Source: Ruminiclostridium sp. | GTDB taxonomy: Bacteria; Bacillota; Clostridia; Acetivibrionales; DTU013 | Length of the DNA stretch: 35,179 nt | Assembly (NCBI GenBank): GCA_012027035.1 | Contig: VEPD01000249.1 | Span: 1-35,179 of the forward strand | Direction of reading: 5' to 3' | In this document: one piece after another, positions 19,137 to 28,033 of the stretch | Numbering within the stretch: the first letter of the stretch is position 1 | How the letters are laid out: each line of letters begins with the position of its first letter | Position numbers and translations under genes: made by a program | The notes under the pieces: generated by a model | The model's database searches: none | Seen by the model: the letters and a program-made list of their open reading frames with translations, nothing else | Told to the model about the DNA's origin: nothing

Positions 19137-19238
19137 ACTTGAAAGATATAATGTTTTTATTTTTATGTAATAAGCAAATATATGAAATTATCATGAAAAG
19201 AGTTAAAAACATTGCAGAAAAACATTATAAATAAATTA

Positions 19239-19267
19239 TTGACTTTCTATTTATGTTGGTTTAATAT
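19239..19267 (+). promoter_or_regulatory. Probable sigma-A promoter for the MttB-led operon
   Basis: TTGACT (19239-19244), 17-nt spacer, TAATAT (19262-19267), AT-rich upstream region. Confidence 0.5.
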
Positions 19268-19328
19268 AAGTGTGTAAGACACTAATACCCTAGATATGTT
19301 ATTATGCCGAAATGCATGATAATAGCAA

Positions 19329-19359
19329 GTTGAAGCATTTGTACGACTTTTAAAAAGAT
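19329..19359. repeat. Intergenic repeated motif, copy 1 (candidate operator)
   Basis: GTTGAAGCATTTGTAC (19329-19344) is identical to 25337-25352; both are followed by nAnTTTTAAAA(A)GA. Confidence 0.55.
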
Positions 19360-19593
19360 ATCGGGTAACGAATGCAAACCATAAGACATATTTCCATCTA
19401 TTTATAAAATAATTGATATAGGGAAAGTGGTTTATGTTTTAGAAAAAGCAACATCCTATCCTCCTGATTTTGCGATTCAATTTTCTTCGAAGGAGCAGAA
19501 AAACTGTATAGGATGGGAATATAATGCATATTTACTTTATTAACAGGGAGCAGAATTGCTAGAAAAATATAATAATACAAGGAGTGTTAAGTC

Positions 19594-21000
19594 ATGCAAA
19601 TAAAAGTGCTTTCAGAAAATCAAATCGAAGAAATAAAAAAGAAGACCGAATATATTTTGGAAAATATAGGTTTTCGTGTAAATCATAAGGAAATTCTCAA
19701 AAAAGCTGCAAAAGCCGGAGCAAAAATTGATGATTCGACGGAAACGATAAAAATTCCGTCTGGCATGCTGAGGGAGCTATTATCAAAAGTTCCTGACAGT
19801 TTTACCATAAAAGGGATAAACAATAAGGAATACAGATTGGGAAGAGGTGAGCAGCATTCCCTGGCTATTGTCACCGATCCCTGGATAATTGATTACAAGA
19901 CTCAATCACCCAGGCGTCCCTGCCTTGAGGATGTAAGAAGGCATACTATTGTCGCTCAGAAGCTCGATCATGTTGCAGGCATAAGCCGGATGGATTTCCC
20001 GGTAACCGACTGCAGTGATGCTTCGTCAAGCTTCCGTGCTCTTGAGACACACCTTCTGAATCATACAAAGCATAACTTTGTATATTTGACTTCCATGGAG
20101 AATTACTACCGCTGGGTTGATATAGGAAATATTCTTGCACAGGGTGAAGATCTTTCCAAAAGCAAACTGATTACTATGGCCATTGCTATTGTTTCTCCAC
20201 TGACACTTGCAGATATCAATGCGGAGCTGTTGCTGGAAGCGACCTCAAATAATTTCGCGGTTATACCCACTATTTGTCCTATGGCTGGAACAACGTCGCC
20301 ATATAGCAAAGACTCGACTCTTTTGCTTGGAAATGCAGAAAACATATTTTTAGCTGCATTAACACAGCTCATTAATCCGGGAAACCCATTCATTTATGCT
20401 TTTGGACCATCCCGAAGCAATATGAGGACAGGACACGATATGTATTTTACAATGGATAAAATGCTATGGAAAATTGCAGCGGCAGAACTTGCATTATCGT
20501 ATAGTATGCCGGTTATGTCGGAATGCGGTGGCTCGATGACATATCGGTATGATCAACAGAACGGGGCTGAAGGAATACTTTTCATGCTTGGTGCTCAAAA
20601 TTCAAAATCCAATCTTCTTTCAGGAATAGGGTCATGTCATAATGCAAACGGTATGTCGGCTGAAATGATGGTTATTCAGACTGCATGGCTTGATGCAGTG
20701 AAGTTTTTAAACAGGGGAATTTCAACAAGTACGTTGGAGAAAGGCATTGAAAGTATAAAAAATGCGGGATTCGGAGGTAATTTTCTTACTGATGACTTAA
20801 CAATAGAGCTTTTGCGTAGTGATGAGTTCTTCAACAATAATATATTTGATTATTCAGGCGGATTTGAAGAAGGGTCGTCCATACTTGAAAATGCCCATAA
20901 TGAGGTTGAAAAAATGGTAACAGGTTATGAATCGCCTGTGCCCGGAAAAGTGAAAGAAGGGCTGATGAAGTATTTCCATGATTTATATAAGGATATATAA
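19594..21000 (+). CDS. Trimethylamine methyltransferase (MttB) superfamily protein, non-pyrrolysine type
   Basis: 468 aa; LSENQIEEI...ILENIGF start, IVSPL, PMAGTTSP, NAE, QLINPGNPFIY, DQQNGAE, GGNFLT; no in-frame TAG; AAGGAG SD. Confidence 0.82.
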   Translation: MQIKVLSENQIEEIKKKTEYILENIGFRVNHKEILKKAAKAGAKIDDSTETIKIPSGMLRELLSKVPDSFTIKGINNKEYRLGRGEQHSLAIVTDPWIIDYKTQSPRRPCLEDVRRHTIVAQKLDHVAGISRMDFPVTDCSDASSSFRALETHLLNHTKHNFVYLTSMENYYRWVDIGNILAQGEDLSKSKLITMAIAIVSPLTLADINAELLLEATSNNFAVIPTICPMAGTTSPYSKDSTLLLGNAENIFLAALTQLINPGNPFIYAFGPSRSNMRTGHDMYFTMDKMLWKIAAAELALSYSMPVMSECGGSMTYRYDQQNGAEGILFMLGAQNSKSNLLSGIGSCHNANGMSAEMMVIQTAWLDAVKFLNRGISTSTLEKGIESIKNAGFGGNFLTDDLTIELLRSDEFFNNNIFDYSGGFEEGSSILENAHNEVEKMVTGYESPVPGKVKEGLMKYFHDLYKDI

Positions 21001-21029
21001 AAAGACTGAAAGTTAGGGGCTGAAATTAT

Positions 21030-21824
21030 ATGGATACAGGATTGAAAGGCAGGAGTGCGATAATAACCGGCGGCGCAAGCGGGATTGGGTTGGGTATAGC
21101 TTTGGCGCTGGCCGAAGAGGGCGTCAACCTTGCAATTGTCGGCAGAAATCCCGACCGGACTGCTATTGATGAGCTTTGCAGTAAAGGAGTAAAGTGCATA
21201 AGTATAAAAACCGACGTCAGCAAAGAAAATGAAGTAGTTAATATGATCAGTAGTGCAATTTCAGAATTCGGACATATAGATATGTATATAAACAATGCAG
21301 CCTGGGCGTGGCACCAGCCCATTACAAAGATTGATTCCGAGTCGTGGTATAAAACCATTGATACGAATCTATCGGCGTGTATGTGGGCATGCAGGGAAAT
21401 ATGCAGACATATGATACCAAAAAAAAGCGGGAGTATTCTTATTATCGGTTCTGCCGCCAGGTTCAACCCTGCGTACAGAGAAGCTACATACCGTATTACA
21501 AAAATGGGTCTTTGCATGTATATGCAAAATCTGGCAATCGAAATGGCTCCTTACAATATACGTGTAAATATGATAACACCCGGTCATTTCAAAACACGTA
21601 TGACTGGGAATGTACCGCCGGCTGTGGAAGATAAGATGAAACATATAATACCCGCACACAGGTTCGGGAATACATTTGATATAGGGTACACAGCGGTTAT
21701 GCTGCTTTCCGACAGATTAAGCGGTTATACATACGGGGCCGACCTGGTAATAGACGGAGGTCTTACGCTTCGCCCGCTGCCGATATATACGGATGAAGAG
21801 ATCATCGGATTCAATAAAGTTTGA
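21030..21824 (+). CDS. Short-chain dehydrogenase/reductase (SDR)
   Basis: TGGASGIG, NNA, YRITK (YxxxK), IRVNMITPG, IDGG. Confidence 0.92.
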   Translation: MDTGLKGRSAIITGGASGIGLGIALALAEEGVNLAIVGRNPDRTAIDELCSKGVKCISIKTDVSKENEVVNMISSAISEFGHIDMYINNAAWAWHQPITKIDSESWYKTIDTNLSACMWACREICRHMIPKKSGSILIIGSAARFNPAYREATYRITKMGLCMYMQNLAIEMAPYNIRVNMITPGHFKTRMTGNVPPAVEDKMKHIIPAHRFGNTFDIGYTAVMLLSDRLSGYTYGADLVIDGGLTLRPLPIYTDEEIIGFNKV

Positions 21825-21955
21825 ATAAGCGGCAAAACAAATTGTTTTAAAATATGTGGGGGAAATGGTAAAATGAAAGCAAGCCCGGTATGTGAAACAT
21901 TATGTTTGAAGAAGACTGATAGATAAATAAACACAAAAGAAGGGAGGATGTCATT

Positions 21956-23329
21956 ATGAAAGCGGGTGTAGTTTCTGTCGATATCACACCGGCAGTTGGA
22001 GTAGTACTGGGGGGCAACGGAAGGAAAGATAACAAGTCGAGGGGAGTCCATGATCCGCTGTTTGCCAATATCATAGCCCTGAATGAGAATAACAACACGG
22101 TAGTATTTATTGGACTGGATGTCTTGGGTATTTTGAAGGAAGATGTTGACGAAATAAAAAAGGGGATTACAGCAAAGCATACCCTTGAAGGAAAAGATAT
22201 TGTGATAACTGCCACCCATACACATAGCGGTCCCAATATTATTAGAATATTTGCAAGCACATATTCAGCCCGGGAGTTGGATGAGATAGATGTGTACAGG
22301 AAAGAACTCATAAATAAAGTTATTAATGCCGCCGATGAAGCATTGAATGGAATGTTTCCATGCAAGTTCGGTTATGGTAAAGGGATTGCAGAGGAGTTTT
22401 CTTTTAACAGAAGAATATTTTTGAAGGACGGTTCTTTCATAATGGGATTTGAAGAACACGGTCTTAATGATGTGGACCGTTTTGCAGGTCCCAGTGGATA
22501 TCCGGTCATGAGTGTTTATAAAATTACTGATTTTTCCGGAAAGGTAAGAGCTGTTCATGTTAATTATGCGAGCCATCCTGCGCTTGCGTGCGGTGAAGGT
22601 TTATTGTTCAGCAGGGACTATGTACACGGTTTGACTGAAGCATTAAAAGAAAGGTATGGCAAAGATATCGTTGTACTTTATACCAATGGGTCGCAGGGAA
22701 ATCTGATACCTTTTAATCCTTTCAAACAGCCTTTTGTTACCGGCTTTGAAGAAAGTGACAGAGTAGGCAGGGGACTTGCAGATGCAGCTGTGAAAATTAT
22801 AGAAAGCATCGTAATGAAGGACTGTCTCAGGATGAAAACGGCCCTCAGGGAAATTGAGCTACCCATTAGAAAAATTCCCGGAGATATGGTTGCTATAGCG
22901 GAAGAATTGCTGAAAAATCACGCAGGTAAGGATATAGTAGCTCATGGATTGGACCCGTCAGTGGAAGCAGACGGAGTCGTTAAATTGTACAGGTGTGGTA
23001 AGAAAACTGAAAAGATCGTTATTCAGGCTGTAAATATTAATGAGACCCTTATTGTCACCTTGCCTGGGGAAGTTTTTATAGAATTTGGGTTACAGATAAT
23101 TGAGGACTCTCCTTTTGACAATACGATGATATTCGGCCTTGCTAACGGTTATTCAGGTTACATCCCCACGAGTGAAGCTTTTTCACAGGGAGGATATGAA
23201 ATCAAACCCTCATATTCGTCGAGCAAATTTGTACCCGAGGCTGGAGATATACTTGTTGGAAATGTTAAGAATCTCATAATGGAAGATATATTTGCAGGGG
23301 GGAATCATAATGGTAAAACAGCAACTTAA
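21956..23329 (+). CDS. Neutral/alkaline ceramidase-like metallo-amidohydrolase
   Basis: DITP, GVHDPLFA, ATHTHSGP, NYASHP, GSQGN, PGEVF, GYIPT...GGYE; GGGAGG SD. Confidence 0.78.
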   Translation: MKAGVVSVDITPAVGVVLGGNGRKDNKSRGVHDPLFANIIALNENNNTVVFIGLDVLGILKEDVDEIKKGITAKHTLEGKDIVITATHTHSGPNIIRIFASTYSARELDEIDVYRKELINKVINAADEALNGMFPCKFGYGKGIAEEFSFNRRIFLKDGSFIMGFEEHGLNDVDRFAGPSGYPVMSVYKITDFSGKVRAVHVNYASHPALACGEGLLFSRDYVHGLTEALKERYGKDIVVLYTNGSQGNLIPFNPFKQPFVTGFEESDRVGRGLADAAVKIIESIVMKDCLRMKTALREIELPIRKIPGDMVAIAEELLKNHAGKDIVAHGLDPSVEADGVVKLYRCGKKTEKIVIQAVNINETLIVTLPGEVFIEFGLQIIEDSPFDNTMIFGLANGYSGYIPTSEAFSQGGYEIKPSYSSSKFVPEAGDILVGNVKNLIMEDIFAGGNHNGKTAT

Positions 23330-23933
23330 GGAAGAAGTGGCCAGGTCGGCGAGACTGTTCTGGGAAAAAGGACTAAGCCCGGGGAACGATTCCGGCGATA
23401 CAAGCCTCAGGGATGCTGAAACAGGGTATATCTACATATGCCCGAGACCGAATAGCAAGTTGAAAATTCCCAACTGGGGGGTTACAAAAGCTGAAGACAT
23501 AGTCGTCATAAACAGAAGCGGTGATATCATGGAGGATACGGATATCCTTCCGACCGTAGAGGCGCCTATGCATCTTCATATCTACAGATCAAGGCCTGAA
23601 ATCAATGCAATCGTGCATTCCCATGCCGTTTGGTCATCAGCATTTGCTGCTGCAGGGAAAAACATGCCGTCTGTTCTTGATGAACAGTATTATGTTTTTG
23701 GTGGGGAAGTTGTTTGTGCGGAATATGGTGCGGTGGGTTCCGAAAAGCTGGCGGAGAATATAGTTTTTGCTCTGGGGGCGGATAGAATGGCCGCTTTAAT
23801 GAGGAACCACGGTGCTGTATGCATCGGAAAAGACCTGGAAGAAGCATTTATTGTATCGGACTTTCTGGAAAAGTGTGCTCAATCCATACTGTTTGCAAGC
23901 TTGATTGGCGGGTTTCCAGTGCTTAACAAGTAA
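23310..23933 (+). CDS. Class II aldolase/adducin family protein (FucA/AraD-like)
   Basis: ORF 23292..23933, ATG 23310; PTVEAPMHLHIY, IVHSH, LMRNHG zinc ligands. Confidence 0.88.
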   Translation: MVKQQLKEEVARSARLFWEKGLSPGNDSGDTSLRDAETGYIYICPRPNSKLKIPNWGVTKAEDIVVINRSGDIMEDTDILPTVEAPMHLHIYRSRPEINAIVHSHAVWSSAFAAAGKNMPSVLDEQYYVFGGEVVCAEYGAVGSEKLAENIVFALGADRMAALMRNHGAVCIGKDLEEAFIVSDFLEKCAQSILFASLIGGFPVLNK

Positions 23934-23951
23934 AGGGAGTTCTGATTCATT

Positions 23952-25262
23952 ATGAATAAGGATACGATATTCAGCTATATAGACGAACATGCTGATGAAA
24001 TTATCGGCTTTTTAAAGAAATATATCGGTATACCGTCTGTAAACAACGGACAGCAGAACGGCGGCGAAGAAAAGGAAGTTCAGGATTGGCTGGCGGATAT
24101 ATTGGGCTCTTTTGGCTTTTTTATTGATAAGTGGACTGCCGACGCCGGAGGTATACGGCCCAATGTCGTATGCGTCCTTAAAGGCGGCGGCGGCGGGAAT
24201 GATTTGATTTTAAACGGCCATTCTGATGTTGTTCCCATCAATGAACCTGGGAAATGGAAAACAAACCCATGGATTGCAGAGATATCAGACGGCAGGCTGT
24301 CCGGACGCGGGGCCAGTGACATGAAAGGGGGCAATACGGCTGCTATCTGGGCGCTAAAGGCATTAAAAGATAGTGGTGTAAAGCTTAAAGGGAATGTTTA
24401 TCTGGAATTGATGGTGGGTGAAGAATCATGTGAGGGGCGGACGATTGGAACTGCTTCTGCAGTGGACAGGGGTTATAAAGCGCCTTTTGCCATAGTAATG
24501 GAACCGACGAATCTTGAAATACATACTGCCTCGGTAGGTTTGTTCTTTTTTGAACTCATTGTTCCCGGAAAAGCAGTACATGTTTCAAGCCGCAATCAGG
24601 TGGTATTTCCACAGCCTTTTGGTCTGGAGGCCGGATATACCGTCGGTGTCGACGCTCTTAAAAAATCCCTTCCATTTATAGACCTCTTCGAAAGGCTGGA
24701 AATTCAGTGGAATCAGAGGTGGAGGGATCCGGTACTGGGAGGCGGGGGACATCCTGTTTCCGATAAGCAGGGAGTAGGGATTTTTACCGTTAATCCCGCG
24801 CTTATAGAGGGCGGAACATATCTGGGATCTTTACCGGGCAGTATGAGACTTGTGTATTCCGTATGGTATCCCACCGGCACTGCGCCCCAGTCAATATGGG
24901 AAGAGATCCGTGAATGCGTGGATGCTATAGCTTCAACGGACGATTGGTTGAAAACAAATCCGCCGGTTTTAAACATGCCGGTTTTGCAAGAATGGAAGGG
25001 ATTCAGGGTTGCAGAGAGCGAACCTGGGATTCCCTTGCTGAGAGACTCGATTAAGGGCGTATTGAAGCATGATGCGGTAATATCAGGCTTTAAAGCAGTA
25101 TGCGACGCTACTTTTATTAATGAAAGAAATATACCTGCCGTGATTTGCGGCCCAGGTTCGCTAAGTTACGGAGTCCATGGCGATAATGAATACATACCTG
25201 TCAAAGAAGTGCTTGAAGCGGCGAAAATCTACGCATCATTTATTATTGACTGGTGTGGATGA
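23952..25262 (+). CDS. M20 family (ArgE/DapE-like) deacylase
   Basis: LNGHSDVV, GRGASDMKGG, GEE, MEPT, GPG...HGDNE. Confidence 0.88.
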   Translation: MNKDTIFSYIDEHADEIIGFLKKYIGIPSVNNGQQNGGEEKEVQDWLADILGSFGFFIDKWTADAGGIRPNVVCVLKGGGGGNDLILNGHSDVVPINEPGKWKTNPWIAEISDGRLSGRGASDMKGGNTAAIWALKALKDSGVKLKGNVYLELMVGEESCEGRTIGTASAVDRGYKAPFAIVMEPTNLEIHTASVGLFFFELIVPGKAVHVSSRNQVVFPQPFGLEAGYTVGVDALKKSLPFIDLFERLEIQWNQRWRDPVLGGGGHPVSDKQGVGIFTVNPALIEGGTYLGSLPGSMRLVYSVWYPTGTAPQSIWEEIRECVDAIASTDDWLKTNPPVLNMPVLQEWKGFRVAESEPGIPLLRDSIKGVLKHDAVISGFKAVCDATFINERNIPAVICGPGSLSYGVHGDNEYIPVKEVLEAAKIYASFIIDWCG

Positions 25263-25336
25263 TTGCAACAGATATTATTTGCCGTTCTGATTAGTACTAT
25301 GGTGAAACATTTTAATTATCGTTCCGGAAATTGTGC

Positions 25337-25365
25337 GTTGAAGCATTTGTACTAATTTTAAAAGA
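25337..25365. repeat. Intergenic repeated motif, copy 2 (candidate operator upstream of a TATAAT at 25383-25388)
   Basis: GTTGAAGCATTTGTAC identical to 19329-19344. Confidence 0.55.
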
Positions 25366-25429
25366 CACATGCAAGCCGATAATATAATGAAATTGACGCT
25401 GTAGTACCAGGAAAAGGAGGAATAACACT

Positions 25430-25768
25430 TTGGAATTAAAAGGCATTGTGAAAGGAAAGAAGGAATGCAGGTCTTTTATGGAGGAAGGGGAGTTTATCAG
25501 GGAGTATTTTAAAACGGACCGTTTAACATTCGGCGTTTCGGAAATCATGCCGGGAAAGATAGGCGGGCTTGATCCCGGACATAATGAAGCCGATGAAATT
25601 TTCTTCTGCTCCAAAGGGCATATGTTATGCTACTTTCCCGAAGAAGACAAGTATTATGAGCTAACGGAAGGGGATGCACTTCTAATCCCGCAGGGCGTCG
25701 GGCACCGGCTTTTCAATGTCGGCGAGGAAAAGGGTGTTATCGTCTGGTGCTGCGCTCCCCATCCTTAG
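25430..25768 (+). CDS. Cupin domain protein
   Basis: 112 aa; TTG after AGGAGG; DPGH..ADEIFF...G and GDALLIPQGVGH cupin motifs. Confidence 0.85.
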   Translation: MELKGIVKGKKECRSFMEEGEFIREYFKTDRLTFGVSEIMPGKIGGLDPGHNEADEIFFCSKGHMLCYFPEEDKYYELTEGDALLIPQGVGHRLFNVGEEKGVIVWCCAPHP

Positions 25769-25818
25769 TACAAGTCCATATAAAGGAGAATCTTATATTT
25801 TTAAAGGAGAGCATCTTT

Positions 25819-27342
25819 ATGGAAGAACTTATACTGAGTGTTGACCTGGGGACTACCGCTTTAAAAATTGCATTGTTTGATAATTATGGACATTTAAAGG
25901 CGCTATCTACACAGGAATATACGCTTTTCACCCCGGTTGCATCATTTGTGGAGGCTGACGCCGATATATACTGGATATCCTTTAAAAAAGGGCTGGAGGA
26001 TCTGAAAAACAGATATCCATTTGTCCCTGGTTCTGTAAGAGCACTTGGTATCTCCGCTCAGGGCGAAACATTATTTTTCATTGATAAAAACGGTAAACCG
26101 TTAAGGAATGCCATTGTATGGATGGATAACAGGGCGCGGCGGCAAGCGGAAATATTAAGCTCCGAATTTACTGATGAAGAATGCTATAGGATAACCGGGC
26201 AGGCTGCTTTTGATCCTTGCTGGCCTGCCGCGAAAATACTGTGGATCCGGGAAAATGAGCCTGAGGTATTTAAGCAAGCCATGAAATTCCTGCTAATTGA
26301 AGATTATTTTATATATAAACTGACGGGAGAATTTGTTTCAGAAGGTTCTCTGCTATGTTCCACCGCCATGTGGGACATTACAGGCAAAAAGTGGTGGCCT
26401 GAAATGCTGGAATACCTAGGTATCAAGGAAAGCAACCTGCCTGAAATCAGAGAACCCGGTGAATATGTAGGGACTATTCTTCCGAAGGTTGCAGATGAAC
26501 TGGGATTGAGCGGGGAAATGGCGGTGTGCACCGGTGCGCTTGATCAAGCGGCTGGCGCCATAGGCGTGGGCAATATATCCGAAGGGATTTTTTCGGAAAA
26601 TATCGGAGCTGCCCTTGCGATTTGTGTTCCTGTTAACAGGCCGACTTTTGATCCCAATCGGAAAATACCTCTGCACTATTTCGGAATACCCGATATGTAT
26701 ATGATGCATACCTTTACTACGGGAGGTATGGCGTTAAGATGGTTCAGAGACAATTTCTGCCGTATGGAAACAATGCTTTCCGATCTACTGGCAAATGATT
26801 CATATGAACTGCTGGACAAGGAAGCACAGCATATACCGGCGGGCTGTGAAGGATTGCTCATGCTTCCCCATCTTAGCGGTTCAATGGCTCCCGATGCAAA
26901 TCCCGGTGCAAGGGGGGTTTTTTACGGTTTTACCCTAAAGCATGGAAAGCCTCATTTTATAAGGGCCATAATGGAGGCTTTAGGGTATATAATCAAGCGG
27001 AATATTGACGTTTTAAATGAGGTGGGTATTAACGTCAATGAGATACGCTCGCTGGGCGGCGGTTCCAGGAGTAGATTGTGGAATCAGATAAAATCGGATA
27101 TAACAGGCAAACCGATAATAACCATGAAATGTCCCGAAGCAGCCTGTCTGGGCGCTGCAATACTTGCAGGCAAAGGCATGGGCATATATGGCGATGTAAA
27201 AACAGCCTGCAATGAAATGATAAAGGTTTCGGAAAGATTTATCCCAGATCCGGAAAAGGCTACTGTTTACGGCAGGCAATATGAAAATTATAAAATGCTT
27301 TTTAATAATCTGGTGGAAGTTTTCAATAAAAATTTAACATAG
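25819..27342 (+). CDS. FGGY-family carbohydrate kinase (xylulokinase-like)
   Basis: ORF 25747..27342; ATG 25819 after AAGGAG; VDLGTTALK, AIVWMDNR, DQAAGAIG, GGGSRS, LGAAILAG. Confidence 0.9.
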   Translation: MEELILSVDLGTTALKIALFDNYGHLKALSTQEYTLFTPVASFVEADADIYWISFKKGLEDLKNRYPFVPGSVRALGISAQGETLFFIDKNGKPLRNAIVWMDNRARRQAEILSSEFTDEECYRITGQAAFDPCWPAAKILWIRENEPEVFKQAMKFLLIEDYFIYKLTGEFVSEGSLLCSTAMWDITGKKWWPEMLEYLGIKESNLPEIREPGEYVGTILPKVADELGLSGEMAVCTGALDQAAGAIGVGNISEGIFSENIGAALAICVPVNRPTFDPNRKIPLHYFGIPDMYMMHTFTTGGMALRWFRDNFCRMETMLSDLLANDSYELLDKEAQHIPAGCEGLLMLPHLSGSMAPDANPGARGVFYGFTLKHGKPHFIRAIMEALGYIIKRNIDVLNEVGINVNEIRSLGGGSRSRLWNQIKSDITGKPIITMKCPEAACLGAAILAGKGMGIYGDVKTACNEMIKVSERFIPDPEKATVYGRQYENYKMLFNNLVEVFNKNLT

Positions 27343-27358
27343 GATGGTGAATTTATCA

Positions 27359-28033
27359 ATGGGGCCAAAACTGATTGTTATGCTGACATACAATGACCAG
27401 ACTGTAAAAAACGCAATTGAAGTTTTCAATGAATGCAGGGACTTGCAGGCAGACTGCTGGGGATTCAAGAATATCGGCTTGCCTGTGCCGCAAATGAAGC
27501 AGCTGGTTAAAAACATGAAGAAGTCAGGGAAGACAACCTTTCTGGAAGTGGTTACGTATACTGAAGCAGAGTGTATGCACGCTGCAAAACTGGCAGTGGA
27601 ATGCGGATTTGATTATTTAATGGGGACGCTCTTTTACAATTCGGTAGCAACCTTCGTAAAGAGTAAACCTATACGGTACTTCCCTTTTTGCGGGCATGTA
27701 AGCGGAAGCCCCAGCATATTGGAAGGCTCTGTTTCTGATATGGTTGATGAGGCAAAAAGAATGAAGCAGGCAGGCGTCAATGGTTTCGACCTGCTGGCAT
27801 ACAGGTATACGGGGGATGCGGAGGCGCTTGCCGGAGAATTTATTAAAAAAGTACCTGCCCCTGTCGTACTGGCAGGAAGCATAAACAGCTATAAAAGGCT
27901 GGATAAGGTTAAAGAACTGAATCCATGGGGTTATACCATTGGTAGCGCATTGTTCGATAAGAAGTTCGAAAACAATACCTCATTCAGGCAACAACTTATA
28001 AAAGTAATAGAATATATGAAAAAGGATATATGA
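27359..28033 (+). CDS. Hypothetical protein, probable ribulose-phosphate-binding TIM barrel
   Basis: ORF 27344..28033 (GGTGA SD favours ATG 27359); alternating beta/alpha pattern, GFKNIG, FLEVV, LAGSI, TIGSA phosphate-binding-like end. Confidence 0.6.
   Translation: MGPKLIVMLTYNDQTVKNAIEVFNECRDLQADCWGFKNIGLPVPQMKQLVKNMKKSGKTTFLEVVTYTEAECMHAAKLAVECGFDYLMGTLFYNSVATFVKSKPIRYFPFCGHVSGSPSILEGSVSDMVDEAKRMKQAGVNGFDLLAYRYTGDAEALAGEFIKKVPAPVVLAGSINSYKRLDKVKELNPWGYTIGSALFDKKFENNTSFRQQLIKVIEYMKKDI

Noticed and set aside
19594..21000. Pyrrolysine-containing trimethylamine methyltransferase
   Set aside because: Full-length ORF without an in-frame TAG, and no pyl or corrinoid genes in the window
5258..27342. 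Complete reassignment of TAG to a sense codon (genetic code 15-like)
   Set aside because: TAG ends four genes at natural C-termini and only two internal TAGs occur in ~30 genes; only partial or conditional readthrough remains plausible
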